Source: Sulfuricurvum sp. 17-40-25 (GTDB lineage Bacteria > Campylobacterota > Campylobacteria > Campylobacterales > Sulfurimonadaceae). From it: a DNA stretch of 64,000 bases. Where the stretch lies: assembly GCA_002282015.1 (NCBI GenBank), contig NCIJ01000005.1:598-64597 (forward strand), in the 5' to 3' direction. The stretch's first letter is position 1; every line of letters begins with the position of its first letter. The translations under genes were made by a program, and so were the position numbers. Positions 34,899-45,806 of the stretch are shown one piece after another. A model generated the notes under the pieces. That model saw only the letters and a list, made by a program, of their open reading frames with translations, searched no databases and was not told the DNA's origin.

Positions 34899-36476
34899 TT
34901 ACTCCTTACGCTCTAGACGAATACCAAACCAACGGTTCATATTGCCACTTTTTTCGATTCGCGTCATGAGCATATTGAAAATGCCATGCGTTCCCATAAT
35001 AGCCGTAAACATCGATACAATAATTCCCACTGCCAACGTGACAGCAAACCCTTTAATCGGGCCCGTACCATAGGTATACAATGCAACCGCCGCAATCAAT
35101 GTCGTGAGATTCGCATCCACAAGGGTACTAAACGCTTTCGTATAGCCCCCTTCAATAGCATTTCGAATCGAAGAACCTTCTCGTAAAAGCTCACGAATAC
35201 GTTCATTAATAATGACGTTTCCATCCACGGCCATACCGACCGTCAGAACAATACCCGCCATACCAGGTAGGGTAAGCGTCGCGCCAAACATCGCCATAAA
35301 TGCGATTATCAACACGATATTGATGACCATCGCCGTCGTAGCAATAACACCCGCATAGCCATAATAAACGATCATAAAGAAAACAACCAATAAAGCACCC
35401 GTAGCAAACGCTATCAAACTGGCTTTAATACTGTCCGCACCCAGACTTGGTCCAACAGAGCGTTTTTCCATCATATAAATCGGTGCAAGCAAAGCGCCTG
35501 AACGAAGAGCGATAGCCAGATCATTAGCTTCTGCAACCGAATAATTCCCACTGATCTGTCCTGAACCACCACCGATACGTTCGTTGATCACAGGAGCAGA
35601 ATAGACTTTTCCATCCAAGACGATCGCAAGACGTTTTCCGACATTTTTACCCGTAAAGTCCCCAAATATCTGAGCTCCCTCAGAATTAAGTGAGAAATTA
35701 ATGATAGGACGGTTGTTTTGATCGTATCCAACTTGCGCGTTGGTCAGCATCGTTCCATCAAGAATAGCGATCTCATGTACAAGATGTTTGATGTTTGGTT
35801 CTATCGCATCTTCTAGAAGTCTGTCTCCAAAACTTTCCGCTTCCATTTCAGTCACATCATTAGAGCGCATCGCACGATCTTCGTCGATTGCCATCATCTC
35901 TAACTTAGCCGCACGGGAGATCAGCTCACGAGCACGCTGTTCTTCTTGAGGTGTTTTGATCCCTGGCAATTCAACCAAGATCTTATCAACACCTTGTTTT
36001 GCAACGTTTGGCTCTGAAAGACCAAATTGATCGAGTCGATTACGAATGGTCTCAATAGCTTGATCCACCGATTGGACTTTGAGCTTTTCAATGGCCGCTG
36101 GTGTCATTGCCAAAGAATACTGCCCTTTTGCAGAATGGACGATCGTACCGTCCACTTTTTTCAAGTACTCATCCATGACAATCGCATCGTCTTCATCCAA
36201 AAGTTCAAACGTAACCGTATTCTTACTGGTACTAAGCCCATCAAGAAGGATATCGTTATGCTCGCTAAAGTGTTTGATTCCTGATGCCACAGATTTGATC
36301 TGAGAAGTCACTGCTTCATTCGTCTTCACACCCAATAGCATGTGTAAACCACCTTGCAGATCAAGACCCAACGTGATTTTTGCACCGCTTTGAGTTTGCA
36401 TAACAGAAGGAAGTGAAAAAGCCAGTCCGAAGATCGTGGCAAAGATGAGGAGCGCTACGCGATAATTAAGCTTCAT
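34899..36476 (-). CDS. secD: Protein-export membrane protein SecD
   Basis: 525 aa. LGLDLQGG and the C-terminal TM bundle with GIVLTVGMAVDGNVIINERIRE. Confidence 0.95.
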   Translation of the reverse strand: MKLNYRVALLIFATIFGLAFSLPSVMQTQSGAKITLGLDLQGGLHMLLGVKTNEAVTSQIKSVASGIKHFSEHNDILLDGLSTSKNTVTFELLDEDDAIVMDEYLKKVDGTIVHSAKGQYSLAMTPAAIEKLKVQSVDQAIETIRNRLDQFGLSEPNVAKQGVDKILVELPGIKTPQEEQRARELISRAAKLEMMAIDEDRAMRSNDVTEMEAESFGDRLLEDAIEPNIKHLVHEIAILDGTMLTNAQVGYDQNNRPIINFSLNSEGAQIFGDFTGKNVGKRLAIVLDGKVYSAPVINERIGGGSGQISGNYSVAEANDLAIALRSGALLAPIYMMEKRSVGPSLGADSIKASLIAFATGALLVVFFMIVYYGYAGVIATTAMVINIVLIIAFMAMFGATLTLPGMAGIVLTVGMAVDGNVIINERIRELLREGSSIRNAIEGGYTKAFSTLVDANLTTLIAAVALYTYGTGPIKGFAVTLAVGIIVSMFTAIMGTHGIFNMLMTRIEKSGNMNRWFGIRLERKE

Positions 36477-36732
36477 CCTCGTACTTTCTTGCCACAGCGT
36501 CTTTTACCAAGCGCCCTTCGACATCATTGTTGAATTTTACGGAGAAAAACTTCTCTTCTACTTTTTTAATTTCTACAATCAAACCACCAGTAGTGACAAC
36601 CATATCCCCTTTAACCAAAGAAGCCAGCATCTCAGTGTGCTTTTTAGCCTGCTGTTGTTGTGGGCGAATAATAACAAAATACATGATTGCAATCAAAAAT
36701 GCAAACGGGAGCAATTGGGAGACAAATTCCAT
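36466..36732 (-). CDS. yajC: Preprotein translocase subunit YajC
   Basis: MEFVSQLLPFAFLIAIMYFVIIRPQQQQAKKH..GDMVVTTGGLIV, read from the internal ATG at 36732. Confidence 0.88.
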   Translation of the reverse strand: MEFVSQLLPFAFLIAIMYFVIIRPQQQQAKKHTEMLASLVKGDMVVTTGGLIVEIKKVEEKFFSVKFNNDVEGRLVKDAVARKYEDEA

Positions 36733-36798
36733 AGAAATCCTTGAACAAAATATGACTGCATTATACTCATAATAGATTAACATCGGTATAATTTCCCC

Positions 36799-38016
36799 AT
36801 GAAACTACAATCAAAAACAACTTTCGAACTTCTCACGCTTCCCCTGCTCATAGCCATTAGCTTCAGTGCTTTCATCTATTTTGAACATTTTCACCTCACG
36901 CTTAAAGCCCTCAATACCATCGCAGGGCTCCTAGCTCTCTATGGGCTTTTGCATGCACCCAAACGCACCTTGCCCATTGCGGGTTTTTGGATCGGCTTAT
37001 TATGGTGTTATTGGATCGGATACAGCTTTCAGTATTATGGGTTGGGCTGGGCAAAAATATGGGTTGCATTAGGATTTGGAGTCGTCTATGCTCTGTATTA
37101 CGGTTCGATGGGATTAACTAATAATCCATGGCTTCGGGCACTGATTCTTTTTGTACTTACCTATTTTTGGCCGATGGATTTCAACTGGATGCAGCCCGAA
37201 CTGATTTTCGTTGAGAGTTATATCGGCTATGAAAAATGGCAGTTTGCTGTTGTCTTACTCTCACTTGCATCGACGTCATACTTTGTAAAGTATAAAAAAA
37301 TCATCCCTTTATTGGCGCTTATCATCGCCATACCCTTCCCTTATACACCGCCAAAAATTCCTGATTTACGCATAAAACTGGTCTCTACGGACATCTCACA
37401 AGACCTAAAATGGCAAGAATCCATGATGAGTGACATCCTCAATGAAAACCTGCGCCAAATAGATCTGGCCATCGCTCAAGGATACGATCTCGTCGTACTC
37501 CCAGAATCCGCGTTTGTCCTTTATATGAACCATTATCCCTTCCTTGAAGAACAACTGCAGCTACGCTCTCAGTCCATAGCTATCTTAACGGGTACACTGC
37601 ACGAAGAGAATCAATTGCATTATAATGTTTCCTATCTCTTTAATAAAGGGGAGATTACGGTTGCCAAAAAAACGATTCTCGTCCCGTTTGGAGAGTACAT
37701 ACCGCTGCCGAAGATTTTACAAGATTGGGTCAATCGCCATGTGTTTGAAGGTGGCTCTAATTTCGTAACCGCCGATAAACCAACGGATTTCATTATCAAA
37801 GGGGTGAAGTTTCGTAATGCAATCTGCTATGAAGCGACACGAGAAGAACTCTATACGCCTGATGCCAAGTACATGATAGCCATCAGTAATAACGGCTGGT
37901 TCAAACCCTCGATAGAACCCACACTACAGAATCTTCTGATACGTTTTTATGCTCGTAAAAATGGTACGATGGTGTTTCATGCAGCTAATGGTGGAGGAAC
38001 GGGAATAGTATATTAA
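36799..38016 (+). CDS. lnt: Apolipoprotein N-acyltransferase
   Basis: N-terminal polytopic region plus a CN-hydrolase domain (VVLPESAF, NAICYEAT). Confidence 0.85.
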   Translation: MKLQSKTTFELLTLPLLIAISFSAFIYFEHFHLTLKALNTIAGLLALYGLLHAPKRTLPIAGFWIGLLWCYWIGYSFQYYGLGWAKIWVALGFGVVYALYYGSMGLTNNPWLRALILFVLTYFWPMDFNWMQPELIFVESYIGYEKWQFAVVLLSLASTSYFVKYKKIIPLLALIIAIPFPYTPPKIPDLRIKLVSTDISQDLKWQESMMSDILNENLRQIDLAIAQGYDLVVLPESAFVLYMNHYPFLEEQLQLRSQSIAILTGTLHEENQLHYNVSYLFNKGEITVAKKTILVPFGEYIPLPKILQDWVNRHVFEGGSNFVTADKPTDFIIKGVKFRNAICYEATREELYTPDAKYMIAISNNGWFKPSIEPTLQNLLIRFYARKNGTMVFHAANGGGTGIVY

Positions 38017-38034
38017 AGAAAAAAGAGTGGATAT

Positions 38035-38055
38035 TTTGCCCGTAAATCGGGCAAA
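38035..38055. terminator. Bidirectional hairpin between convergent lnt and the biotin carboxylase gene
   Basis: TTTGCCCG-TAAAT-CGGGCAAA forms a perfect 8-bp stem flanked by T/A runs on both strands. Confidence 0.6.
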
Positions 38056-38064
38056 CGGCATACA

Positions 38065-39522
38065 CTAGTGGCGAACGGTTAGGTTCTTTGCATTGATCGC
38101 GGCGATTAGTTCTTCGATGTGTTTCATCTTTTCTTCTTCGTCTTCCATGTTATGGATAGCATCAAGATTAAACGTTTGAAGTTTTCCATCTAGGTACCCT
38201 GTGTCAAGTTTACCATCGATGAAATCTTGGTCACGGACGATCTGGCGGTGCAATGCGATATTAGTAGGGACACCTTCGATGATGAACTCATCCAAAGCAC
38301 GTCTTGCCTTACGGACACAATCTTCCCACGTTTGCCCTGATACGATCAACTTAGCGATCATAGAGTCATAGTTTGATGGGATAAGGTAGTTCGTATACGC
38401 CATACTGTCCATACGTACACCTGGACCACCTGGGGCAAGATAACGTGTGATAAGACCCGGTGATGGAACGAAGCCCAATTTCGGATTTTCAGCATTGATA
38501 CGAAACTCGATCGCATATCCGCGAAGATGAATCTCTTCTTGCATGTATATAAGTCTATCGCCCTCAGCGATTTGGATCATACGCTGAATCAAATCGATAC
38601 CTGAGATAAGCTCTGTTACCGGATGCTCAACTTGGACACGAGTATTCATCTCGATGAAGTAAAAATTGTCGTCTTGGTCAACTAGATACTCGATCGTTCC
38701 AACACTCTCATACCCTAAACGATACATCGCTTTTTTAGATACTCGGTAAAGCTCGCGACGAACGTCTCTGCTGAGAAGCGGTGATGGAGCGATTTCGATT
38801 ACTTTTTGGTGACGACGCTGTATCGAACAGTCACGATCACCTAAGTGAACGATATTGCCGTATTTGTCTGCAACCATTTGGATTTCAATATGACGAGGAT
38901 TTTTGAGATATTTCTCAATAAACACTTCTCCACGGTTGAAAAAACGGATCGCTTCATTGGTCGCTGATTCGTACATCTCTTTGAAGTCAGATGCTTTTTC
39001 AACGATACGCATACCACGTCCACCTCCACCAAATGCAGCTTTGATGATGATCGGGAATCCGATATCGCTCGCGATCTTCTCAGCATCATTGATGTTGTCA
39101 ATCGGCTCATCCGTACCCGGAAGCATCGGAACACCCACTTCGCGCATCGCTACTTTGGATGCCATCTTGTCACCAAACAACGCGATATGCTCAGGTTTTG
39201 GACCGACGAAAATAATGCCGTTATCCGCACATGCTGACGCAAATTCTGCACTCTCTGAGAGGAATCCGTATCCAGGATGAATCGCATCACAATCTGCTTT
39301 TTTTGCCAAATTGATAATACGATCATAATCCAAATACGCAGCGATAGGATCACCCATGATCGGATAACACTCATCCGCTTTACGCACCCATACGCCATTA
39401 ACGTCTGCTTCTGAAAAAACTACAACACTTTTAATCTCAAGCTCTTTACAGGCTCGAATAATACGCAATGCAATCTCACCGCGGTTTGCAATCAACATTT
39501 TGTTAATTTTTTTGCATTCCAT
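38065..39522 (-). CDS. Biotin carboxylase (AccC family; length suggests pyruvate carboxylase subunit A-like)
   Basis: MLIANRGEIALRIIRA, HPGYGFLSE, GGGGRGMRIV, EMNTRVQVEHPVTE. Confidence 0.88.
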   Translation of the reverse strand: MECKKINKMLIANRGEIALRIIRACKELEIKSVVVFSEADVNGVWVRKADECYPIMGDPIAAYLDYDRIINLAKKADCDAIHPGYGFLSESAEFASACADNGIIFVGPKPEHIALFGDKMASKVAMREVGVPMLPGTDEPIDNINDAEKIASDIGFPIIIKAAFGGGGRGMRIVEKASDFKEMYESATNEAIRFFNRGEVFIEKYLKNPRHIEIQMVADKYGNIVHLGDRDCSIQRRHQKVIEIAPSPLLSRDVRRELYRVSKKAMYRLGYESVGTIEYLVDQDDNFYFIEMNTRVQVEHPVTELISGIDLIQRMIQIAEGDRLIYMQEEIHLRGYAIEFRINAENPKLGFVPSPGLITRYLAPGGPGVRMDSMAYTNYLIPSNYDSMIAKLIVSGQTWEDCVRKARRALDEFIIEGVPTNIALHRQIVRDQDFIDGKLDTGYLDGKLQTFNLDAIHNMEDEEEKMKHIEELIAAINAKNLTVRH

Positions 39523-39670
39523 CAGGTACCTCTAAATTATAGATTTTTATTGCGAGATTATACCGACTTAACATTTAAAACCCATTAGTTGTTTATACTT
39601 GAATTAGGCACTCATATATCTTTGGATTTTTTCAAATACACACTATAATATGTCAAAAATGGATGTCACA

Positions 39671-40594
39671 ATGAAGATCGCTGCTAACATAACAGAGCTC
39701 ATCGGCAATACTCCGCTTGTGAGACTCAATACTCAATCCACCGCTACTGGTGCGACCATATTAGGTAAATGTGAGTTTATGAATCCGACCAGTTCTGTCA
39801 AAGACCGTATTGGTATCAACATGATCAAATCGGCTATGGCAGAGGGAAAAATAACGGCGGATACGCTCATCATCGAGCCTACAAGCGGCAATACCGGTAT
39901 TGCGTTAGCATCAATTTGTGCGGCATTAGGGTTAAACCTCACCTTGACGATGCCTGAATCCATGAGTCTTGAGCGCCGTAATCTTTTGTTAGCATTGGGT
40001 GCCAAACTCGTGTTGACTCCAGCGGCCCAAGGGATGAAGGGGGCGATTGATGAAGCCAATAATCTTGCAGCAAACACCCCAAATGCGATTGTCCTACAGC
40101 AATTTTCCAATCCTGCCAATCCGCAGATCCATCGAGAGACAACAGGACCTGAAATATTGCGCGATACCGACGGTAAAGTTGATATTTTTGTTGCAGCAGT
40201 AGGGACAGGCGGTACCATCACGGGAACAGGTGAGCTTTTAAAAGCCTCTTTACCCCATATCCAGATTATCGCCGTCGAGCCCAAAGACTCTCCCGTACTT
40301 GCAGGCGGCAAAGCAGGACCCCATAAGATCCAAGGTATTGGCGCAGGATTTATCCCCGATGTCCTCAATGTCTCTGTTTACAATGAGATCATCGCGGTGA
40401 GTAACGAAGATGCTATCGCAACCGCCAAAGAACTCGCCAAGACCGAGGGAATGCTCGTAGGTATATCCGCAGGTGCCAATGTCTATGCCGCTATGCAAGT
40501 AGCAAAACGTCCAGAGAACCAAGGCAAGACCATCGTGACTATTTTATGCGATACGGCGGAACGCTATTTAAGTACCGCGTTGTTTGAAGCCTGA
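39671..40594 (+). CDS. cysK: Cysteine synthase A (O-acetylserine sulfhydrylase)
   Basis: [14 protein letters not shown]-Lys block [23 protein letters not shown] element at about 39640 favours the ATG at 39671 over 39650. Confidence 0.92.
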   Translation: MKIAANITELIGNTPLVRLNTQSTATGATILGKCEFMNPTSSVKDRIGINMIKSAMAEGKITADTLIIEPTSGNTGIALASICAALGLNLTLTMPESMSLERRNLLLALGAKLVLTPAAQGMKGAIDEANNLAANTPNAIVLQQFSNPANPQIHRETTGPEILRDTDGKVDIFVAAVGTGGTITGTGELLKASLPHIQIIAVEPKDSPVLAGGKAGPHKIQGIGAGFIPDVLNVSVYNEIIAVSNEDAIATAKELAKTEGMLVGISAGANVYAAMQVAKRPENQGKTIVTILCDTAERYLSTALFEA

Positions 40595-41165
40595 TCTTCT
40601 TTTCGAGACCATCCGTTGCCAGGATGGTCTCGTTGCGCATCTCTCCTACCATCAAGAACGTCTGAACGCTTCTTTGCAATGTTTGGGGTCCCAAACACAC
40701 TTTGATTTAAACACACTCATTGTCCCTCCTTCAAGCGGACTGTACCGATGTCGGTTTGTATACGATGCTACTGATTTTCACATAGAGTATCATCCCTACA
40801 CTCCTCGAACCATTACCTCACTGCGTTTGGTATGCGACGACACCATTCACTATCCTCTCAAATACACCCATCGCGATAATCTCAATAGCTTATTTGAGCG
40901 TAGAGAGTCATGCGATGATGTGCTTATCGTTAAAGAAGGGGTAATTAGAGACACTACCATCGCCAATATTGCCCTATACATTGAGGGACAATGGCTAACA
41001 CCCCAAGTACCTCTTTTACGAGGGACTACACGCGCAAGACTATTGGATGAAGGGTTTTTATTACCTGCTGTTTTGACCCCGATAGATATAGCTCATGCAC
41101 AGAAGATTGCCATAATGAATGCGATGGTGGGATTTGTGGAGATCGAAAATGGTATAATTACTTAA
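40584..41165 (+). CDS. Aminotransferase class IV family protein (short PabC/aminodeoxychorismate lyase-like)
   Basis: 193 aa. Fold-type IV-like layout ([33 protein letters not shown]). Confidence 0.55.
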   Translation: MKPDLLFETIRCQDGLVAHLSYHQERLNASLQCLGSQTHFDLNTLIVPPSSGLYRCRFVYDATDFHIEYHPYTPRTITSLRLVCDDTIHYPLKYTHRDNLNSLFERRESCDDVLIVKEGVIRDTTIANIALYIEGQWLTPQVPLLRGTTRARLLDEGFLLPAVLTPIDIAHAQKIAIMNAMVGFVEIENGIIT

Positions 41166-41188
41166 AATACACAAACAGGCTGTAAAGA

Positions 41189-41659
41189 ATGCTCTTCGAT
41201 ATTATTAAAAATCCTTCGTTTGCCAGGCTCATGGAAACGCACGCTCGTGAAATACTGATACATCTATTTGAAAGTAACCAAAACTTTGGCATATTATGTA
41301 AAATAGAACATTTAACCTTTGATCCGCCACTTCCTGAGGATATTAGCAGTGAATTTAGAGCTATGACTCTCTTCTTTCTAGCAGGGTATACCTTTGAAAG
41401 CGCACGATTGGAAAACAATATGCTGTATTTTGAAGCAGGATTTGGTCATGCGAATATCGGAAGCGTGGTCAGTGTACCATTATTAAGTATTGTTCAGATT
41501 ATTATTGATGACACTCCCGCATTTGTAAATCTCGCTTTACCTCGCGAACAGTCTGTAAGTGTCAATATTGAAAAAGATGAAGGGGTCAAAAACTCGATGA
41601 GCTCTTTTCTCTCCAATCCTGAAAATCAGAAGTTTATAAAAGAGCCCGCGAAGACATAA
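41189..41659 (+). CDS. Hypothetical protein, tentatively SspB-like ClpXP adaptor
   Basis: The pattern ..LFFLAGYTFESARLENNMLYFEAGFG..VVSVPLLSIVQII resembles the SspB core (..FNARFGG..VSVPLAAVLAIY). It is followed by an acidic/polar tail. Confidence 0.4.
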   Translation: MLFDIIKNPSFARLMETHAREILIHLFESNQNFGILCKIEHLTFDPPLPEDISSEFRAMTLFFLAGYTFESARLENNMLYFEAGFGHANIGSVVSVPLLSIVQIIIDDTPAFVNLALPREQSVSVNIEKDEGVKNSMSSFLSNPENQKFIKEPAKT

Positions 41660-41667
41660 GGGGTAGC

Positions 41668-42567
41668 TTACAGCTTGATCCCATGTAAGAAAGTAACTAC
41701 ATTGTCAATAAAGGCATCGTGCTTACGCTCTTTACTGTATGCGATGTAAAATTTACGCTTGATCTTATAATTTTTAATACGTCCTTCATACAATCGCCCC
41801 TCTTCAACTTCTTCACCAATAACGTGTTGAGAGATAACCGATACAACAGGGCGCTCTGCATTTTTAGGTGAATGCATGATCGTCTCTTTGATCGTTGTCG
41901 TACTGGCAACGACACCAATAACGCTAAAGCTTGCACAATCGACTCCAATCTCTTCAAAGACTTCGGATGTCAGTTTACGCGTATGAGACGCTTCATCACG
42001 ACAGATCCAGTCAAATTTGTACAGATCTTCTTTACGTAGCTGTTTTGGAATCGGTTGATTGGAAAAAATAACCAACTCATCCTCTTCCCACTCTCGATAG
42101 ATAACCCCATCTTTAAATACTGGTGATTCAATCAATGCGATATCAATTTTTTTATCCAATAGTTGGTCGATAATTTCTTCAGAAAGAGCTACACGAACGT
42201 GTACTTCATTGTGGATTTTATCTTTTAACTTAGCAAGATACTTAGGAAGGACATAGTTTCCAATCGCGTACGAAGCACCAACTACAAACGTAAATTCTTT
42301 GTTGATGATTTTAAGAAGATCTTTTTCACTGGCTAAAATTGCTTTTTCCAATCTAACCGCTATTCTATAGAGGTCTTCACCCTCTTTGGTTAATTTAATC
42401 CCATTTTTCTTACGCTCGACGATGCGCGTATCCAAATATTCCTCAAGAAATTTAATCTGTTGTGTGACTGCAGGCTGTGAAATTCCCAGTTTAGCTGAGG
42501 CTTTTGAAAAACTTTTTTCTTTGATAACCGTCAAAAAAGTCAGTAGTTTCGCAAAATCTTTTAACAT
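41668..42567 (-). CDS. LysR-family transcriptional regulator
   Basis: N-terminal HTH SFSKASAKLGISQPAVTQQIKFLE plus a substrate-binding domain. Confidence 0.88.
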   Translation of the reverse strand: MLKDFAKLLTFLTVIKEKSFSKASAKLGISQPAVTQQIKFLEEYLDTRIVERKKNGIKLTKEGEDLYRIAVRLEKAILASEKDLLKIINKEFTFVVGASYAIGNYVLPKYLAKLKDKIHNEVHVRVALSEEIIDQLLDKKIDIALIESPVFKDGVIYREWEEDELVIFSNQPIPKQLRKEDLYKFDWICRDEASHTRKLTSEVFEEIGVDCASFSVIGVVASTTTIKETIMHSPKNAERPVVSVISQHVIGEEVEEGRLYEGRIKNYKIKRKFYIAYSKERKHDAFIDNVVTFLHGIKL

Positions 42568-42705
42568 AATGATTCCTATAAGTAAAGTGTATAAACGTAT
42601 TATAACCCATTATTATGTTGATTACAAGAGATTGACACTTTTAAATAGCTTTGTGAAAGATTGGGCTATAATAAAAGAATTCATGCACGAAGGCGCACTA
42701 TTATT

Positions 42706-44754
42706 ATGGATAAAATTTTCGATAGTCTCAACGATGCACAGCGACAAGCCGTTGAACAAACTGAGGGTCCGCTTTTGATCCTAGCAGGTGCAGGCAGCGG
42801 TAAAACTAAAACCATTACCTCGCGATTAGCCTATTTACTAGATACCGTTGGAATACCCTCCAGCCAAACATTGACCCTTACGTTTACCAACAAAGCCGCC
42901 AAAGAGATGCGTGAGCGAGCAATGGGTCTAATAACCCAAAACTCTTTTCCTCCCCTATTGTGTACCTTTCATAAGTTTGGACTCTTATTTTTAAAATTTC
43001 ACATTCACCTTTTGGGGCGCAGTAACAATTTTGTGGTTATTGATACCGACGATAAAAAAAAGATCCTCAAAAAAATAAATGCTGAACTCCCAACAGCCCT
43101 TATCGCCAGTGAGATCTCACGCTATAAAAACTCGATGATCGATCCCCAAGAAGCCTACTCCCAAGCAGAACTGACCAACTACAAAAATATTGCCAAGATT
43201 TATGAAGAGTACCAAGTCTATTTAGTCAAAAACAACCTGGTCGATTTTGATGATCTGTTGTGTCTTACCTTTCAGCTTTTGGATGATAATCCAGATTTAT
43301 GCATACAAACCAGCCAAAAATACCGCTACATCATGATCGATGAATACCAAGACACCAATGAACTGCAGTTGCGTCTTTTACAAAAACTGTGTACGTCGCA
43401 TAACAACCTATGTGTTGTCGGTGATGATGATCAAAGCATCTATGGATGGCGCGGGGCACATGTTCGTAATATCTTAGAGTTTGATCAAGACTTCGCAGAT
43501 GCCACCGTCGTCAAACTCGAGTACAATTACCGCTCCACCCAAGCGATTCTCACTGTCGCCAACTCACTCATCGAACACAATCGCTCACGACTGGGTAAAA
43601 CCCTCATCGCTACCAAGACAGGTGGAGACGATGTCACGATCCTTGCGTCCAATGACGAAAGCGAAGAAGCCAAAAAGATCGCAAAAGCAATACGCGTTTT
43701 ATTGGACAAAGGAGTCCGTGCCAGCGATATAGCCGTTCTTTACCGTATCAATGCCCTGAGTCGATCTCTTGAAGAGGGACTCAATCGTGGCGGTATTGCC
43801 TATCGTCTTGTCGGCGGACTGCGTTTCTATGATCGTGCAGAGATCAAAGACCTGATCAGTTATCTTCGTGTCATCACCAACGTACATGATAATTTCTCCC
43901 TCAAACGCATCATCAATAAACCAAAACGCGGTCTTGGAAAAGCCAGTATCGAAAAAATAGAGCTCACTGCTATGGAAGCTGAAAAATCGATGTTTGAGTT
44001 TATTGTCACCTCCAGCGACAGTGAGCTAGAAGCTTTAGCACGTAAAAAAAGCACCCAAGAACTGCGTAAATTTATCGTTGAGATCAATGAGCTTCGCACC
44101 ATTGCGGCAGAAGCCATGTACAAATTCATCGATGCTCTCGAAGAGCGTTTTAAGATCAAAGAAACCCTCAAAGGGCTGCCCGATGAGAGCGATAAAATTT
44201 CCAACGTTGATGAGTTTTACGGATTGTTTCGTGATTACGTCAAACAAAACCCTGATGCACAACTCGCTGAGTTTCTAAACGACATCACCTTGCAAAGTGA
44301 TCAAGACCAAGTAGAGGGTGAGAGCATCTACATCATGAGTATCCATGCGTCCAAAGGGCTGGAATTTGAGCACCTTTTTGTTATCGGAATGGAAGAAGGG
44401 TTCTTGCCTCTAGTGGGTGATGGGAGTGATTTGGAAGAGGAACGCCGTTTGGGCTACGTTGCCTTCACCCGCGCCAAATCCAACCTCACCATTTCCAGTG
44501 TAAACAGCCGTTTTTACAAAGGCCGCCGTACCGATTTGCATAAAAGCCGATTTATCAATGAGGCAGGATTGTGCGAGGGGTCTTTGATCTTAGAAAAAAA
44601 CACCTCCTTTAAAAAAGGGGATCTGGTTCGCCACAAAATATTTGGGGCAGGAAGAGTCGAGGGTGTGAGTAAATCGGGACGCGAGTTTAAGTTGCTCATC
44701 AACTTTGGCGGCAATAAACGCGATATTCTTGCCTCTTTTGTAGAAAAGCTCTAA
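42706..44754 (+). CDS. UvrD/PcrA/Rep-family ATP-dependent DNA helicase
   Basis: LNDAQRQAV, AGAGSGKT, DEYQDTN, NYRST, HASKGLEF, VAFTRAK. The ATG at 42706 is preferred over the upstream track start. Confidence 0.9.
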   Translation: MDKIFDSLNDAQRQAVEQTEGPLLILAGAGSGKTKTITSRLAYLLDTVGIPSSQTLTLTFTNKAAKEMRERAMGLITQNSFPPLLCTFHKFGLLFLKFHIHLLGRSNNFVVIDTDDKKKILKKINAELPTALIASEISRYKNSMIDPQEAYSQAELTNYKNIAKIYEEYQVYLVKNNLVDFDDLLCLTFQLLDDNPDLCIQTSQKYRYIMIDEYQDTNELQLRLLQKLCTSHNNLCVVGDDDQSIYGWRGAHVRNILEFDQDFADATVVKLEYNYRSTQAILTVANSLIEHNRSRLGKTLIATKTGGDDVTILASNDESEEAKKIAKAIRVLLDKGVRASDIAVLYRINALSRSLEEGLNRGGIAYRLVGGLRFYDRAEIKDLISYLRVITNVHDNFSLKRIINKPKRGLGKASIEKIELTAMEAEKSMFEFIVTSSDSELEALARKKSTQELRKFIVEINELRTIAAEAMYKFIDALEERFKIKETLKGLPDESDKISNVDEFYGLFRDYVKQNPDAQLAEFLNDITLQSDQDQVEGESIYIMSIHASKGLEFEHLFVIGMEEGFLPLVGDGSDLEEERRLGYVAFTRAKSNLTISSVNSRFYKGRRTDLHKSRFINEAGLCEGSLILEKNTSFKKGDLVRHKIFGAGRVEGVSKSGREFKLLINFGGNKRDILASFVEKL

Positions 44755-44757
44755 TCA

Positions 44758-45582
44758 ATGTCCTCTAAACTTTTTGTAGCCTATAAACCTACGGGCATGA
44801 GTTCCAATCAACTTCTGGGACGTATTAAGCGCCGTTTTGGAGAAAAAAAAGCCGGATATTCAGGAACCCTTGACCCTTTTGCCAAAGGTGTCTTGATTGT
44901 AGCATTCGGAAATCACGGTCGATTGTTTCGATTTTTAAACAAAGCCCCAAAACGCTACCGTGCAACACTGTGGCTTGGCGCGTATTCACCAACTTTGGAT
45001 ATCGAAAAAATCGAGGATATTGACACCATTGCACCCATCCCCAAAGAGACTCTTATCCAAGCCATCGAATCGCTAAAAGGAGAGTTGACCTATCTGCCAC
45101 CCAAGTACAGTGCTAAACGACTCAATGGTAAACGTGCCTACGAGTTTGCACGTGCCGGTATTGAGGTAGAACTCAAAAGCGTGACCTCCACCATTTATGA
45201 TATTCATCTTGTCCATTATTGTCACCCTTTTGTGACTTTTGAAGCGACGGTCTCTGAGGGGAGCTATATTCGTTCACTGGGTGAGTTAATTGCCAATAAA
45301 CTTGGCTGTAATGGAGCCTTAAGTGCTTTAGAACGACTCAATGAAGGTCAATTTGTTTACGATGATGAGCGTCCAATTGATATTAAAAAAGCTTTAGGAA
45401 TCCCTAAAAATTGCTATAATGGCAATGGCGAATCAATCCTTCTGGGACAACCGCTTAGCAAAGAAGATTTTGAGATACACGCCAACGGAACCTACTGGAT
45501 TGACAATGGTGATACTATCTCTGTTCTTGAGTTCACCGATGAAAAAATACACTATTTACTCAACAAGGTTGCTGCATGCTGA
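44758..45582 (+). CDS. truB: tRNA pseudouridine(55) synthase
   Basis: GYSGTLDPFAKGVL (catalytic Asp) and PPKYSAKRLNGKRAYE. Confidence 0.9.
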   Translation: MSSKLFVAYKPTGMSSNQLLGRIKRRFGEKKAGYSGTLDPFAKGVLIVAFGNHGRLFRFLNKAPKRYRATLWLGAYSPTLDIEKIEDIDTIAPIPKETLIQAIESLKGELTYLPPKYSAKRLNGKRAYEFARAGIEVELKSVTSTIYDIHLVHYCHPFVTFEATVSEGSYIRSLGELIANKLGCNGALSALERLNEGQFVYDDERPIDIKKALGIPKNCYNGNGESILLGQPLSKEDFEIHANGTYWIDNGDTISVLEFTDEKIHYLLNKVAAC

Positions 45583-45806
45583 TACTTTCACGCAAACTGG
45601 ATGAATCTATTCTCATTGGAGATTCCATCACTTTGAAAGTCATTTCAATTGACAAAGGAAGTGTCAAACTCGGCATCGATGCACCTCTGAATGTTCGTGT
45701 ATTACGCAGCGAACTCATCAATGCCGTAAAAGATTCCAATCAAGCAGCATCAACACAGCAAGACGATTCTCTCTTACGCCAGCTCGCCCAAAAATTCAAA
45801 CTATGA
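45576..45806 (+). CDS. csrA: Carbon storage regulator CsrA
   Basis: MLILSRKLDESILIGDSITLKVISI..GIDAP..V.R.E; 76 aa. Confidence 0.92.
   Translation: MLILSRKLDESILIGDSITLKVISIDKGSVKLGIDAPLNVRVLRSELINAVKDSNQAASTQQDDSLLRQLAQKFKL

Noticed and set aside
36733-36783. Upstream 17 codons of the yajC track ORF
   Set aside because: The canonical YajC N-terminus (MEFVSQLLPF..) starts at the internal ATG at 36732. The extension has no support.
39733-40368. 211-aa ORF antisense to cysK
   Set aside because: It lies wholly inside, and opposite to, a strongly motif-supported cysK. It has a Pro/Ala/Ser-rich composition typical of antisense frames and no RBS. I treat it as a shadow ORF.
42386-42778. 130-aa ORF spanning the LysR-uvrD intergenic region
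   Set aside because: It is antisense to the LysR gene's 5' end, then out of frame with uvrD. It has a low-complexity translation.
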